Shown: positions 17,423 to 27,098 of the stretch, in pieces
How the letters are laid out: the number at the start of each line of letters is the position of its first letter
How positions within the stretch are numbered: position 1 is the stretch's first letter
Translations under genes and position numbers: made by a program
Source of the DNA: Bdellovibrionales bacterium RIFOXYD12_FULL_39_22
Lineage (GTDB): Bacteria > Bdellovibrionota > Bacteriovoracia > Bacteriovoracales > Bacteriovoracaceae
Direction: 5' to 3'
Assembly: GCA_001770205.1 (NCBI GenBank)
Contig: MEQL01000044.1
Coordinates: 1-64,000, forward strand
DNA: 64,000 bases
The notes under the pieces: generated by a model
What the model was told of the DNA's origin: nothing
What the model saw: only the letters and a program-made list of their open reading frames with translations
Databases searched by the model: none

Positions 17423-19495
17423 ATGAAAAATAAGCATAGCAAAAGAATAGTTCGCAAAGGGATGTGTGAGGATGAAGCTCAAGATATTCCACTGATTATA
17501 AAAAATGATCCATACTTGGCACCACTTACTGATGCGATCAAGTATAAGATTGGCCACTGGAAAGAAACAGAGGCGCGCCTAACTGGTGGAGATAGTTTAA
17601 TTGATTTTGCCAATGGCCATCGATACTTTGGATTACGCAAAAGCTTAAGTGAAGATGTCTGGTATTTGCGAGAGTGGGCACCTAATGCATATGCGATTTT
17701 TTTGATTGGTGATTTTAATGGCTGGCACGAAAGCATTGAGTATAAAATGCAGCGGATCAGTGATGGTGGCAATTGGGAGTTGAAAATTGGAGGCGATAAA
17801 ATTAAACATCTCGATCGTTATCGCCTAAAGATTTATTGGGATGGCGGAATGGGGGAGCGTATTCCCACTTATGCCAACTACGTGACGCAAGATACGGCCA
17901 CTAAGGGATTTAACGGAACGGTTTGGCATCCTGATTCTTCTTATCGATTTGTTAATCAATCACCTGTTTTTGAAGATGCCCCGGTGATTTATGAGTCACA
18001 TGTGGGAATGAGTAGTACAGAATATAAAGTTTCCAGCTATAATGAGTTTGCCGCCAATATTTTGCCGCGCGTGGTGGAATCTGGTTACAATGTCCTACAG
18101 ATTATGGCCATTCAAGAGCACCCTTACTATGGTTCTTTTGGGTATCAAGTTTCTAATTTTTTTGCCCCTTCTTCTCGCTTCGGTACCCCCGATGATTTGA
18201 AAGCACTTATTGATAAGGCCCATGGATATGGCCTTAAAGTTATCATGGATATCGTCCATTCTCATGCTGTAAAAAATGAAGTGGAAGGATTGGGCCGTTT
18301 TGATGGAACTACTCATCAATTTTTTCATGGTGGGGGAAAGGGAGATCATCCGGCCTGGGATACTAAATGCTTTGATTATGGTAAGGATGAGGTAATTCAT
18401 TTTTTACTCTCAAATTGCAAATATTGGATGGAAGAGTTTCGCTTTGATGGTTTTCGCTTTGATGGTGTCACCAGCATGCTTTATCATCATCACGGATTAG
18501 GAAAGGCCTTTTTAAATTATCATGACTACTTTAATCATGAAGTGGATCTTCCGGCCGTGACTTATTTAACTCTGGCCAATCGTCTGATTCATCAGATTAA
18601 GCATGATGCAATTACGATTGCAGAAGATGTTAGTGGAATGCCTGGGATTGGAGTACTTCCCGAGCATGGCGGATTGGGGTTTGATTTTCGTCTGGGCATG
18701 GGATTGCCAGATTTTTGGATCTCTCTTTTAAAGGGAAGTTCTGATGATCAGTGGAATATGGACTCTTTATGGGGGGTATTAACTAATTTTCGGCAAGATG
18801 AAAAAACAGTTTTTTATACCGAGTCGCATGATCAAGCACTAGTAGGGGATAAAACCATAATTTTTTGGCTTTCCGATAAAGAGATGTATACCAATATGTC
18901 GATCTTTAATCGCAATTTGGCGGTAGATCGGGGAATTGCTTTGCATAAAATGATTCGACTTATTACCATTGCCGCTGGCCGCGGTGGATATTTGAATTTT
19001 ATGGGGAATGAATTTGGCCATCCGGAGTGGATTGATTTTCCGCGAGAAGGCAATGGTTGGTCATACAAGTATGCCAGACGCCAGTGGCATTTAGTGGATG
19101 ATGGGAATCTTTGCTATAAATTTTTAGGGCAATTTGATCGTGAGATGGTGAATTTTATTCGTGACTATCGCTTGTTAGATGCTGATCGTCCCGAGTTGTT
19201 ACATTCACACTGTGATGATCATGTGATTGCTTTTACCCGAGGCAGTGGGGTGATTTTTGTTTTTAATTTCCATCCATCTAAAGCGTTATATGATTATAAG
19301 ATTAAGGTGACAGAAGGAGAGTATATTCAGCTTTTCAATAGTGATAGTTTTCGCTTTGGAGGTTATGAAAATATTCGAGAAAATCAAATCCATCATACTC
19401 ATAAAAATGGCAAGGCCCAAAAGGGAGATGCCGCCACCAATTATTTGTCCCTTTATCTTCCTCCTCGAACTGCGCAAGTACTTAAAAAATTGTGA
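17423..19495 (+). CDS. glgB: 1,4-alpha-glucan branching enzyme, GH13_8 (eukaryote/Bacteroidota type)
   Basis: REWAPNA, YESHVGMSS, MAIQEHPYYGSFGYQV, FRFDGVTSMLY, AEDVSGMP, ESHDQALVGDKT and FMGNEFGHPEWIDFPR. Start uncertain (17423 or 17462). Confidence 0.92.
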   Translation: MKNKHSKRIVRKGMCEDEAQDIPLIIKNDPYLAPLTDAIKYKIGHWKETEARLTGGDSLIDFANGHRYFGLRKSLSEDVWYLREWAPNAYAIFLIGDFNGWHESIEYKMQRISDGGNWELKIGGDKIKHLDRYRLKIYWDGGMGERIPTYANYVTQDTATKGFNGTVWHPDSSYRFVNQSPVFEDAPVIYESHVGMSSTEYKVSSYNEFAANILPRVVESGYNVLQIMAIQEHPYYGSFGYQVSNFFAPSSRFGTPDDLKALIDKAHGYGLKVIMDIVHSHAVKNEVEGLGRFDGTTHQFFHGGGKGDHPAWDTKCFDYGKDEVIHFLLSNCKYWMEEFRFDGFRFDGVTSMLYHHHGLGKAFLNYHDYFNHEVDLPAVTYLTLANRLIHQIKHDAITIAEDVSGMPGIGVLPEHGGLGFDFRLGMGLPDFWISLLKGSSDDQWNMDSLWGVLTNFRQDEKTVFYTESHDQALVGDKTIIFWLSDKEMYTNMSIFNRNLAVDRGIALHKMIRLITIAAGRGGYLNFMGNEFGHPEWIDFPREGNGWSYKYARRQWHLVDDGNLCYKFLGQFDREMVNFIRDYRLLDADRPELLHSHCDDHVIAFTRGSGVIFVFNFHPSKALYDYKIKVTEGEYIQLFNSDSFRFGGYENIRENQIHHTHKNGKAQKGDAATNYLSLYLPPRTAQVLKKL

Positions 19496-19531
19496 TTATT
19501 TGAAAAAACGCATAATGGCCGAACAAAAAGC

Positions 19532-19558
19532 TAAAGTTTTCTTAAAAACTGCCGTTAA
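19532..19558 (+). promoter_or_regulatory. Sigma28 (FliA)-type promoter
   Basis: TAAAGTTT-N11-GCCGTTAA, one mismatch from the enterobacterial consensus TAAAGTTT-N11-GCCGATAA. Confidence 0.65.
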
Positions 19559-19588
19559 GTTCTCTGCCAGAATACAAAGGAGAGTTCT

Positions 19589-19768
19589 ATGAAGAAAAAG
19601 AACCTTTTGGCCTTTATGGTTTTACTGCTGTTAAATGTTTCCTGTTCAAGTTCTCAGCTTCAACAGAGGGATGTCGCGGCCACCAATGCTGCCTCAGACT
19701 CGGAGCAAACTCCGCAGCAAAAGTGGGACAGTTATTTGGAGAACAAGCACCGTCAACATCTTGAGTAA
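19589..19768 (+). CDS. Small 59-aa lipoprotein (not in the ORF track)
   Basis: AAGGAG SD; MKKKNLLAFMVLLLLNVSC lipobox; TAA at 19766-19768; has its own promoter and a downstream hairpin. Confidence 0.75.
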   Translation: MKKKNLLAFMVLLLLNVSCSSSQLQQRDVAATNAASDSEQTPQQKWDSYLENKHRQHLE

Positions 19769-19797
19769 GTAAGCTCGCATGCGTAGTTTTGGCATCT

Positions 19798-19850
19798 GGC
19801 CTCCGGCCCGTTTAGGATAAAACTTAAAGCGGCCCGGAGGCCCTCTTATT
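19798..19850 (+). terminator. Hairpin, probable intrinsic terminator
   Basis: ggcctccgg...ccggaggcc stem followed by ctcttattt. Confidence 0.6.
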
Positions 19851-19930
19851 TCAATTCAATTTTAGACTTGCCATCCAATCTGGTTGTCTGATCTAATAGT
19901 TCAACTAAAACTAAATGGAGGATAAAAATA

Positions 19931-20995
19931 ATGAAAGTTTTGTTGAGCGTAATGTTTTTGTTTGTTATTTCATCAACTCTTTGGGCCGAAGAAAAGAAGC
20001 CCGCTGACGGCGAGAAAAAAGATACGACAGTAGCACTTCGGGGAGAAAAAATTCCGGCGGCAGGTTATAAGGTCTATTTTACTGAGGATAAAAAAGAGTA
20101 TTTGCAATTTTCAGGCTATATGCGTCTGTATTATCATCCAGAGACTCGTAGTAAATTGACTATGCCATATTTCCGTTTTTTGGTTGATGGACGTACTTCA
20201 GATAACTGGTCTTTTCATTCACGAATGGATTATGCCCAAAAGAGTTTTATGAGTGTAGGAACCAAACATGCTGACTTGGATGAAGGAAAAGCAACTGGCC
20301 ATCCGGGGGTTTATTGGGCGCGTGCATATGGAACTTATCATTATTCTGACAAAATAACTTTTGACTTTGGACGAGTTATTGACCAAGTCTATCGTTATGA
20401 CTTATTAAAATTGCCGGCAGTAAATGTTGATTTAGGAGCAGGAGCAACTGCTAAAGTTGGAGATATTGGAATCCGAGCGGTGATGCTCTACAAGCAGCCA
20501 AATACTGTCTATACCAACAATAAAAAAGAAGACGTCGAAGAGTATTTGGCCAATGCTCGTGCCGGATATACTTATAAAATTTCAGAAAAAGTTTCTTTAG
20601 AGTTTGGTTTAGCGGCCGGAGCAAATAGTCCTCAACATGCAGCTAAGTTTTTTCAACTGATTCCAGATATTACTTTTACGGCCAATGATTTTTATCTTTT
20701 AGATCTTTGTCTATTAAAGCAAGATACGCCAATAACTGGGCCGGCCACTAATACTACTGAAAACTATATTGAGGCAGGTTATACCATAATTGAACCATTT
20801 ACTGTCGATGCATATCTTCGTACTACCATTGTATCCTCCACGACAACTCATGATCCAGGAATTGATGTGGTTTATAAATGGGGGCCAGAAATTACTTTTG
20901 TCGGAAATGCTGAGCTATCTGATTTGGCAAATAAAGAGAAAAAGGATTTTTTTGATCGCATGAGCTATACTGCTTATGTCGAGTATATGTTTTAA
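19931..20995 (+). CDS. Porin-like outer-membrane protein
   Basis: Signal peptide; LQFSGYMRLYY, FRFLVDG and ITFDFGR strands; terminal YVEYMF. Confidence 0.65.
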   Translation: MKVLLSVMFLFVISSTLWAEEKKPADGEKKDTTVALRGEKIPAAGYKVYFTEDKKEYLQFSGYMRLYYHPETRSKLTMPYFRFLVDGRTSDNWSFHSRMDYAQKSFMSVGTKHADLDEGKATGHPGVYWARAYGTYHYSDKITFDFGRVIDQVYRYDLLKLPAVNVDLGAGATAKVGDIGIRAVMLYKQPNTVYTNNKKEDVEEYLANARAGYTYKISEKVSLEFGLAAGANSPQHAAKFFQLIPDITFTANDFYLLDLCLLKQDTPITGPATNTTENYIEAGYTIIEPFTVDAYLRTTIVSSTTTHDPGIDVVYKWGPEITFVGNAELSDLANKEKKDFFDRMSYTAYVEYMF

Positions 20996-21028
20996 CTAAA
21001 ATTCTCTTAAATTCTCTTAAATCGCACT

Positions 21029-21055
21029 TAACTACCTGCCCCATAATGCCGAGAG
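21029..21055 (+). promoter_or_regulatory. Possible sigma28-type promoter
   Basis: TAAC-N15-GCCGAGAG just upstream of ATG 21062. Confidence 0.4.
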
Positions 21056-21061
21056 ACTATT

Positions 21062-22984
21062 ATGGGGCAGTTTTTTTTTCTTTGGGCCATTTTACTATTT
21101 TTTTCAGAAATACCAGTTGTCGGTGCGGACGACTATGTTGATTTTTTCACCAAATTAAAAGAGGAAAAGAGTGAAACTTTTGGCAGCGAAGCATTTATTA
21201 TCATTGGACAGGGGGCCAAATATGAAAATGAACTGGCCCAAGGTAGTGGCCTGTCGTCCAGTGAAGTGATTTATTTAAAAAAAGAGCTAGTAAAGCTGCG
21301 CACAAGATATCTGCTTATACTGTTAAGTAAAAATGGGGCAATTCCTAAAAACTATGAGGAAGGTAAAATCCTTTCATCTGAACGCGCTTGGGAGATTCAA
21401 GAGGCCTCGGGATTACCGGCGGTAATGGCCATTTTAGTTCCTCCGGCAACTATGAAGTTACATGGATTCAGAGTGCAAAATAATGGTTCTGCCAAAATAA
21501 ATCCAGGGGGATTATTGAAAGGCGCAGAGGCCTTTCGACAGTATGAGTTTCGAGTTGGCCTACCGGTAAAAAACAAACTCTACCTTACTGTTAGGGAGCA
21601 GCCTTTTGGAAAGACCTATGATTCTTCTCGGACGATGGAAAAGGAGATAACTTTTTTTCCAAAAGTACGTTTGCCAGGGGTGCGTGAAAGTAAAGAGGGT
21701 CAAGTAGAAGTTTTTTTACCAACGGGGGAGAGTGTCTTTTTTGATAAAAATTCTGGAGAAATTATTGAAGGGGCCTTGAGTGAGCTGCCCATGGATTACA
21801 CTAGTGATCCTAAAAAGCGTCAATATCCAAGGGTAAAATATGAGGGATCTGGCCTGGTGATAGTAAGTGCCCAGCGTGGTGATAGTCCTCGTCATCAAGA
21901 TTGTAAAATTAAAGGAGGAACGACGGAGATTTTATATCCCAGCAAGTATAAAAATCCTTGCTCAATCTCTCGTGCACAGTTATGGGATCAAAAAATCAAT
22001 AGGGAAAGTAGGACGAAAGATGAATTTCCTTTTTTATTTGAGGATGAATTGAAATTTTATTCTTTTGTAGAAGAAAAGTGTGGATGGGATTTGCAAGAAT
22101 TAAAAAGTATTTCGCAGTCTATGCCAGCAGTTGCGGAAAAAATATTGCAGACTGGCCCTGTTCTGCCCTCCCAGCAAGATGTGCAAAAGTCTACACCTGG
22201 GGATAAAAAAATAGAAAAAGTCATAACGCCGGAGACAGAGAATAATTGTCTAGATGTAGTTAAAGATTATTTTAGTGATAGCGCCAATAAAGATGAGATT
22301 GCTAAATATCTGCAAATTCAAGGCAAGATAACTTTGCATCGCCTGGCGTGGAGTTTTTTAAAAATGAGCGCAGAAAACAATAATAATCTAGAGGAAACGA
22401 TCATTGGACTTTTAAAAAAGCGCAATCCAGCACTGCATCAGCAATTTATCGAGGCCCCATCCAAACGAGAAATTTTTCAGAATTCTATGGCCGTAATAAT
22501 TACAGAAATGGCCCGTGAAAATAAAGAGCATTATCCAGAGGAGTCTAATGGCCCTTATCGTTTGAAATATAGTGACATGAAGATGCTAGAAATGCTCTCT
22601 TTTGCGCAAAATAAATTCGGCATAGATAAAAGTGGAGTGATGAATTTTTTTAGCATGATTGCTTCTTCCTATCGAGGGGAACGTTTGGGCAAGAAAAAAA
22701 TAGCGGCCATGCATACCGCCAATATTATAAAGCAACTGGAAGAAAGCAAAGCAGAGGTGGAAAAAGAAATAGAAGCGGTTTTGCAAAAGAGTGGTTGCGC
22801 CAAAAAGATATCAGAAATTAGCTGTCAAAATCTGGAAATTGGTAGTAGCAATGCGAGTGTAGAGTCAAAAATTGCAGATAGTAAAAAGGCCGTAGGCTTA
22901 ATTTTTCAGGATTTTTTTAGTCAAGAAGAAGAATTGAAAGAAACTTTCAAGTGGGGAGAAATTCTCCTTCATGTAGTGAAATAA
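21062..22984 (+). CDS. Hypothetical secreted protein
   Basis: 640-aa ORF with a hydrophobic N-terminus and no recognised domain. Confidence 0.6.
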   Translation: MGQFFFLWAILLFFSEIPVVGADDYVDFFTKLKEEKSETFGSEAFIIIGQGAKYENELAQGSGLSSSEVIYLKKELVKLRTRYLLILLSKNGAIPKNYEEGKILSSERAWEIQEASGLPAVMAILVPPATMKLHGFRVQNNGSAKINPGGLLKGAEAFRQYEFRVGLPVKNKLYLTVREQPFGKTYDSSRTMEKEITFFPKVRLPGVRESKEGQVEVFLPTGESVFFDKNSGEIIEGALSELPMDYTSDPKKRQYPRVKYEGSGLVIVSAQRGDSPRHQDCKIKGGTTEILYPSKYKNPCSISRAQLWDQKINRESRTKDEFPFLFEDELKFYSFVEEKCGWDLQELKSISQSMPAVAEKILQTGPVLPSQQDVQKSTPGDKKIEKVITPETENNCLDVVKDYFSDSANKDEIAKYLQIQGKITLHRLAWSFLKMSAENNNNLEETIIGLLKKRNPALHQQFIEAPSKREIFQNSMAVIITEMARENKEHYPEESNGPYRLKYSDMKMLEMLSFAQNKFGIDKSGVMNFFSMIASSYRGERLGKKKIAAMHTANIIKQLEESKAEVEKEIEAVLQKSGCAKKISEISCQNLEIGSSNASVESKIADSKKAVGLIFQDFFSQEEELKETFKWGEILLHVVK

Positions 22985-22996
22985 TAAAATAATAAG

Positions 22997-24361
22997 TTAC
23001 ATATCCATAAGTGGTGAGCGGAAAATAATTTCTGGCGCATTATCCAGTGCCCCGATAATTTCTAATCCAAATCCAGATGTTTGATTAACAATAATTTTTT
23101 TTCTTACTACTCCATTGTCATAAAAGCTGTGATAGTTAAGCGATAATGCAAAGGGGCCATATAATAACTTATTATATAAAACGGAATCTTCCGTTGCTAA
23201 TGTGGAAAACACTTCTTGTTCATTAGTTACCACTACCTTAATGGAAAAACTTAAAAAGGTTGGCCTTGTGATTGGCCCGTCATCATCTTCATTTCTTTGA
23301 GGTATTTCTATGACACCGAGCTGTTTTTTTGGGCCATAAAAAGTATCTGCTGTCTCTATATTGATTCGGTCCATTTTTATATCAAAGAAAATGCATTTTG
23401 CTTCTTGAGCAGAAACTTGTAAAAAAGTGCGAAGAGTTTTCATTTTTTTTTCACTAAATAAGTCGCTGTTGTCAATTGGACTACAAGTCATCCACTGAAA
23501 GTCATGGGGGAGAAAGATTCCAATTTTGGCCTTATTGGCCTCTTCAGCGTTAACCTCTCCCATCACGGCATCCGGATATATTGTTTGCATCATCTCGAAT
23601 ACCGCGCGACTAACCCCGTTATTGGGCATATTAGCATTCATAATACTGCTGGGTTTTACATCATGAGTTACACCTAAAACATGGCCCCATTCATGTTTTA
23701 AGATACCTAAAAAGATTTTTTGATATTTCCAAATTATCTCTATCTTTTCATCTCCTTTAACGCGCATTTTGCCTGAGTCAGGAGAGAAGTATATAAAACC
23801 TTTTGCTCGTAGTTTTTTTTCATCGTATTGCGTTCTAACTGCCAGAGCAACCTTGTCTCGAGGATTAATCTCCATTTCTTGTAGTTTTCGTTGTTGATAG
23901 GTTTCGAGCACTCCAAATTGAAAGGCAATATCTAATTCCGGATCTGCACAATCTCGCCGAACTAGCTCTTCGGTGGCAATTTCAATAAGTGGGAAGTTGG
24001 TATGCTCATCACTTTTATAACGCTCGCTAGGATCTATATCTCGCCAGAAAAAGGCATGATGCGCGGCAAATTCATTTTTCCACGCTTGAAAGGAGAGTTT
24101 TATTAATAGTTCGGCAGTGGCCGGATCAGAAGAAAAAGTTTGCCGATCCATCTTTATGCAATACTTGATAGTGTTGTCTTCTGGATAGTTGCCGAATTTA
24201 AAAAACCATGGGTTATTGGAATTAGTATAGGTATCACCACCGGCCCCTACCCAGCCACCACCATCACTACTGCCGGAGGCATCATTACTGGCCAGGAGAG
24301 AGCTTCCGGAAATAAGAGTAAAAAATAAAAGCAGTAAAGGTAAAATGGAGGCATATGACAT
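22997..24361 (-). CDS. Secreted metzincin (matrixin-like) zinc metalloprotease
   Basis: HEWGHVLGVTH zinc motif plus SIM Met-turn; signal peptide then GGGWVGAGGD; ATG 24361 with an AAGGAG SD. Confidence 0.8.
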   Translation of the reverse strand: MSYASILPLLLLFFTLISGSSLLASNDASGSSDGGGWVGAGGDTYTNSNNPWFFKFGNYPEDNTIKYCIKMDRQTFSSDPATAELLIKLSFQAWKNEFAAHHAFFWRDIDPSERYKSDEHTNFPLIEIATEELVRRDCADPELDIAFQFGVLETYQQRKLQEMEINPRDKVALAVRTQYDEKKLRAKGFIYFSPDSGKMRVKGDEKIEIIWKYQKIFLGILKHEWGHVLGVTHDVKPSSIMNANMPNNGVSRAVFEMMQTIYPDAVMGEVNAEEANKAKIGIFLPHDFQWMTCSPIDNSDLFSEKKMKTLRTFLQVSAQEAKCIFFDIKMDRINIETADTFYGPKKQLGVIEIPQRNEDDDGPITRPTFLSFSIKVVVTNEQEVFSTLATEDSVLYNKLLYGPFALSLNYHSFYDNGVVRKKIIVNQTSGFGLEIIGALDNAPEIIFRSPLMDM

Positions 24362-24520
24362 AGATCTCTCCTTGGGCAATTTAAAAATGAATGGATCTAT
24401 TTACCATATTTAGGGATTGAGAAAGAGTTTTTTCTTATCTGTTTACATTTTTACATAGTTAATAAATAGATGGGGGGGGGGCGTCATTTCTCATTGAAGT
24501 CAGCATCAATATCAAATAGT

Positions 24521-24572
24521 AAAAAAGCTAGTTATCGATCTAATATTTTGAAGAAAAAGATCGATAACTAGC
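24521..24572 (-). terminator. Intrinsic terminator of the 24603-25169 gene
   Basis: Perfect 15-bp inverted repeat gctagttatcgatct / agatcgataactagc, followed by T6 on the minus strand. Confidence 0.8.
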
Positions 24573-24602
24573 AACAATGGGCCTGCGTTTATTTACGCAT
24601 TT

Positions 24603-25169
24603 TTATATTTTTGTATAACTATAGGCCAGATCAATTCGTACTTCTGGAATATCTCCTATTACGGCAATGGTCGATTTTAGAGAATAATGCAATTCTTCTC
24701 CGTTATCTGATAATTCCATTGATCCTTGTGCTTGCATCGAAGCATGTGTATTCGCTATGGAAGTAATACTGGCCATGGTGAATTGCAATTTATCTCCAGT
24801 AGCGTTGAAGGCATATACGCTGCTGGCGTCTATAGCAAAGTTGTCAACAAGTGAAGTGGTGCCCACACTATGAATGTTTCCAATGGTAAAATTACTAACA
24901 TCGGATGCCAGCTGTTCTTCTCCCGCTAATGTCCAGGTTTTTAATGTTTTACAACCAACTTGTTCAATAACGATTATCTCGTTGCTGCCTGCTTCATTCT
25001 TTTTCCATTTTCCACTAAAATCGCGACATTTGTTAGGGGCCTTTGGGGTTGAAGCTTGGGCCTTGAGTGCCGGCAGAACACTCATTGGGGATAGGATTGA
25101 TCCAGCGAAGATTTTTCCTGATAGTGCCACTAATACTCCACATGCTACTAATTCTTTTACAATACTCAT
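24603..25169 (-). CDS. Hypothetical secreted beta-rich protein
   Basis: AAGGAG SD, signal-like N-terminus and CRDFSGKW motif. Confidence 0.7.
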   Translation of the reverse strand: MSIVKELVACGVLVALSGKIFAGSILSPMSVLPALKAQASTPKAPNKCRDFSGKWKKNEAGSNEIIVIEQVGCKTLKTWTLAGEEQLASDVSNFTIGNIHSVGTTSLVDNFAIDASSVYAFNATGDKLQFTMASITSIANTHASMQAQGSMELSDNGEELHYSLKSTIAVIGDIPEVRIDLAYSYTKI

Positions 25170-25307
25170 AAAAATTCTCCTTCTATTTATTTTTGAACCT
25201 TGATTGGTTCGATGAAGGCATCTTCACATAAAAGTGGCGCTGTATATATAATATATAAATATAAAATTGCTCTTGAATATACTTAAAGTATATAATATAT
25301 AGATATT

Positions 25308-26159
25308 ATGAATATTTATAAATACTTAGATTATAGAAAGTTTTTGGCAGAATTTTTAAAAAAGCATAATTTTTCTCAGAGAAAAGTGGCCAATGCTACA
25401 AATATTCATGTCGCTTATTTTTCGCGAGTACTAAAAGGTGAAATGGGCGCCAATTTTTCGGAAGATCAGTTGTATGCCATTTGCCAGGAGATAAACTTAA
25501 TCAAAGAGGAGGAGATGAGTTATCTTTTTTTACTGTTGCAGTATGAAAGAGGCGGAAATAATAAATACAAGCAGCACCTCAAAAAAAAGATAATTGAAAT
25601 TCGTCAGGAAAAGCTTTCTATTAAGGGGCGTATTGATGGAGAAGAGTCCGCTGGGGAGAGAATTTTTGCCATTGATGAGAAGATTGAACTCAAATATAAA
25701 TACTTTCAAAAATGGTACTATACAGAAATTTATCTTCTGCTTTCTATTGAGCTATATCGTAAAAATTTAAATCTCATTTCTTCCAAGCTGCATTTGCCAA
25801 TGGAGCTTGTTATGGCCGTGATTGCTGATTTGGAGGAAATGGGCCTAGTTGAGCGTATGGGGAGTGAAATAAAGTATATTCAGAAAGTGATTCATATGGG
25901 TGAGCATCATTTTTTAGCGACCAATCATCATGTAAATTGGCGAATGCGTGCGCTTGATCATATTGCCAAAACCTCCGGGGTTGACACCTCTTTGGTGCCC
26001 AGCAGTGGTTGGCATTTTACGGTAGGAATTTCAACCAACAAAGAAACTATTTTAGAAATTGATAAGCGCTTTAAAGATTTTGTACATGAAATTTATCTCC
26101 TTACTCGCAATAGTAAGGAAAGTGAGGAGACTTACCATATTTGTATTGATCTGTTCTAA
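25308..26159 (+). CDS. TIGR02147/DUF4423 family HTH protein
   Basis: MNIYKYLDYRKFL, HTH (SQRKVA...YFSRVLKG), YFQKWYY, LEEMGLV and a terminal IDLF. Confidence 0.8.
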   Translation: MNIYKYLDYRKFLAEFLKKHNFSQRKVANATNIHVAYFSRVLKGEMGANFSEDQLYAICQEINLIKEEEMSYLFLLLQYERGGNNKYKQHLKKKIIEIRQEKLSIKGRIDGEESAGERIFAIDEKIELKYKYFQKWYYTEIYLLLSIELYRKNLNLISSKLHLPMELVMAVIADLEEMGLVERMGSEIKYIQKVIHMGEHHFLATNHHVNWRMRALDHIAKTSGVDTSLVPSSGWHFTVGISTNKETILEIDKRFKDFVHEIYLLTRNSKESEETYHICIDLF

Positions 26160-26189
26160 AGGAGATAAAAGCTTGGTGGAGAAAGAGAG

Positions 26190-27086
26190 TTAACCTTTTA
26201 TTCCGCCGCTGGTAAGGCCTGAAATAATATATTTATGGATAGATAAAAAGAGGGCAGAGATAGGAATTGCTCCAACGATACAGGCAGCGGCAAATTGCCC
26301 CCATCGACTGGAAAAAGCTTCCGAAATAAAAATTTGAATTCCTACCGCCAGGGTAAACTTATCTTGAGACTTTAAAAGAATAGAAGGAAGAATAAAATCG
26401 GAAAAGGTTCCGATAAAGGCCAGTAGTCCCACTACGGCCAGAATAGGGGCGCTCAAGGGGAGAACAATGCGATAGAAGGCCTGAAAGCGACTGCAGCCAT
26501 CCATAATGGCCGACTCTTCAATCGATTTTGGAATGGTATCAAAGTACCCCTTGATCAACCAAATATTGAAGGGGGTTCCTCCCAGGTAGACTAAAATTAG
26601 GCCCCAATGAGTGTCTGTCCCTAAAAAAGGAAGATAGTCGCCGATAAAATTAAGCATTAAATAGAATGCCACCATTCCCATGATACTGGGAAACATTTGA
26701 GTAACCATCAGTACGAGCAAAGAAGTTTTTCTTCCCTGAAAGGAAAAGCGGGAGAGAGCATAGGCACTGGTGGTAGAGAGCAGTAGAATTAAAAAAGCAG
26801 TTATCAGTGAAACTTTTATGCTGTTAAAAAGCCAACGCATAATAGGGAAGCTGGAAACAATAATTTCTCCAGTGCTGGAATCTTTATAGGGAATACCTAA
26901 AATATATTTCCAGTGGTCTAGTGAAAAGTGGGAGGGAATAAGAGGACTACCGATTCCACCGGTCGGGTTGAGTGAAATGGAGATTATGTATAAAACAGGA
27001 AATAAAATTATAAGCAGTAGTGCAATTAGAAAAAGGTGTCGTGCTAATATCTCAATCTGTTTTTTATCAAAAACTTTTTTTTCCAT
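26190..27086 (-). CDS. malG: Maltose/maltodextrin ABC permease
   Basis: WLFNSIKV, QMFP, IKGYFDTIPKSIEESAIMDG (EAA motif) and GLTSGGIKG. Confidence 0.9.
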   Translation of the reverse strand: MEKKVFDKKQIEILARHLFLIALLLIILFPVLYIISISLNPTGGIGSPLIPSHFSLDHWKYILGIPYKDSSTGEIIVSSFPIMRWLFNSIKVSLITAFLILLLSTTSAYALSRFSFQGRKTSLLVLMVTQMFPSIMGMVAFYLMLNFIGDYLPFLGTDTHWGLILVYLGGTPFNIWLIKGYFDTIPKSIEESAIMDGCSRFQAFYRIVLPLSAPILAVVGLLAFIGTFSDFILPSILLKSQDKFTLAVGIQIFISEAFSSRWGQFAAACIVGAIPISALFLSIHKYIISGLTSGGIKG

Positions 27087-27098
27087 ACTACCTCAGCG

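Noticed and set aside
20998..21023. Tandem aaattctctt duplication
   Set aside because: Short, AT-rich and only two copies, so not distinguishable from chance slippage.
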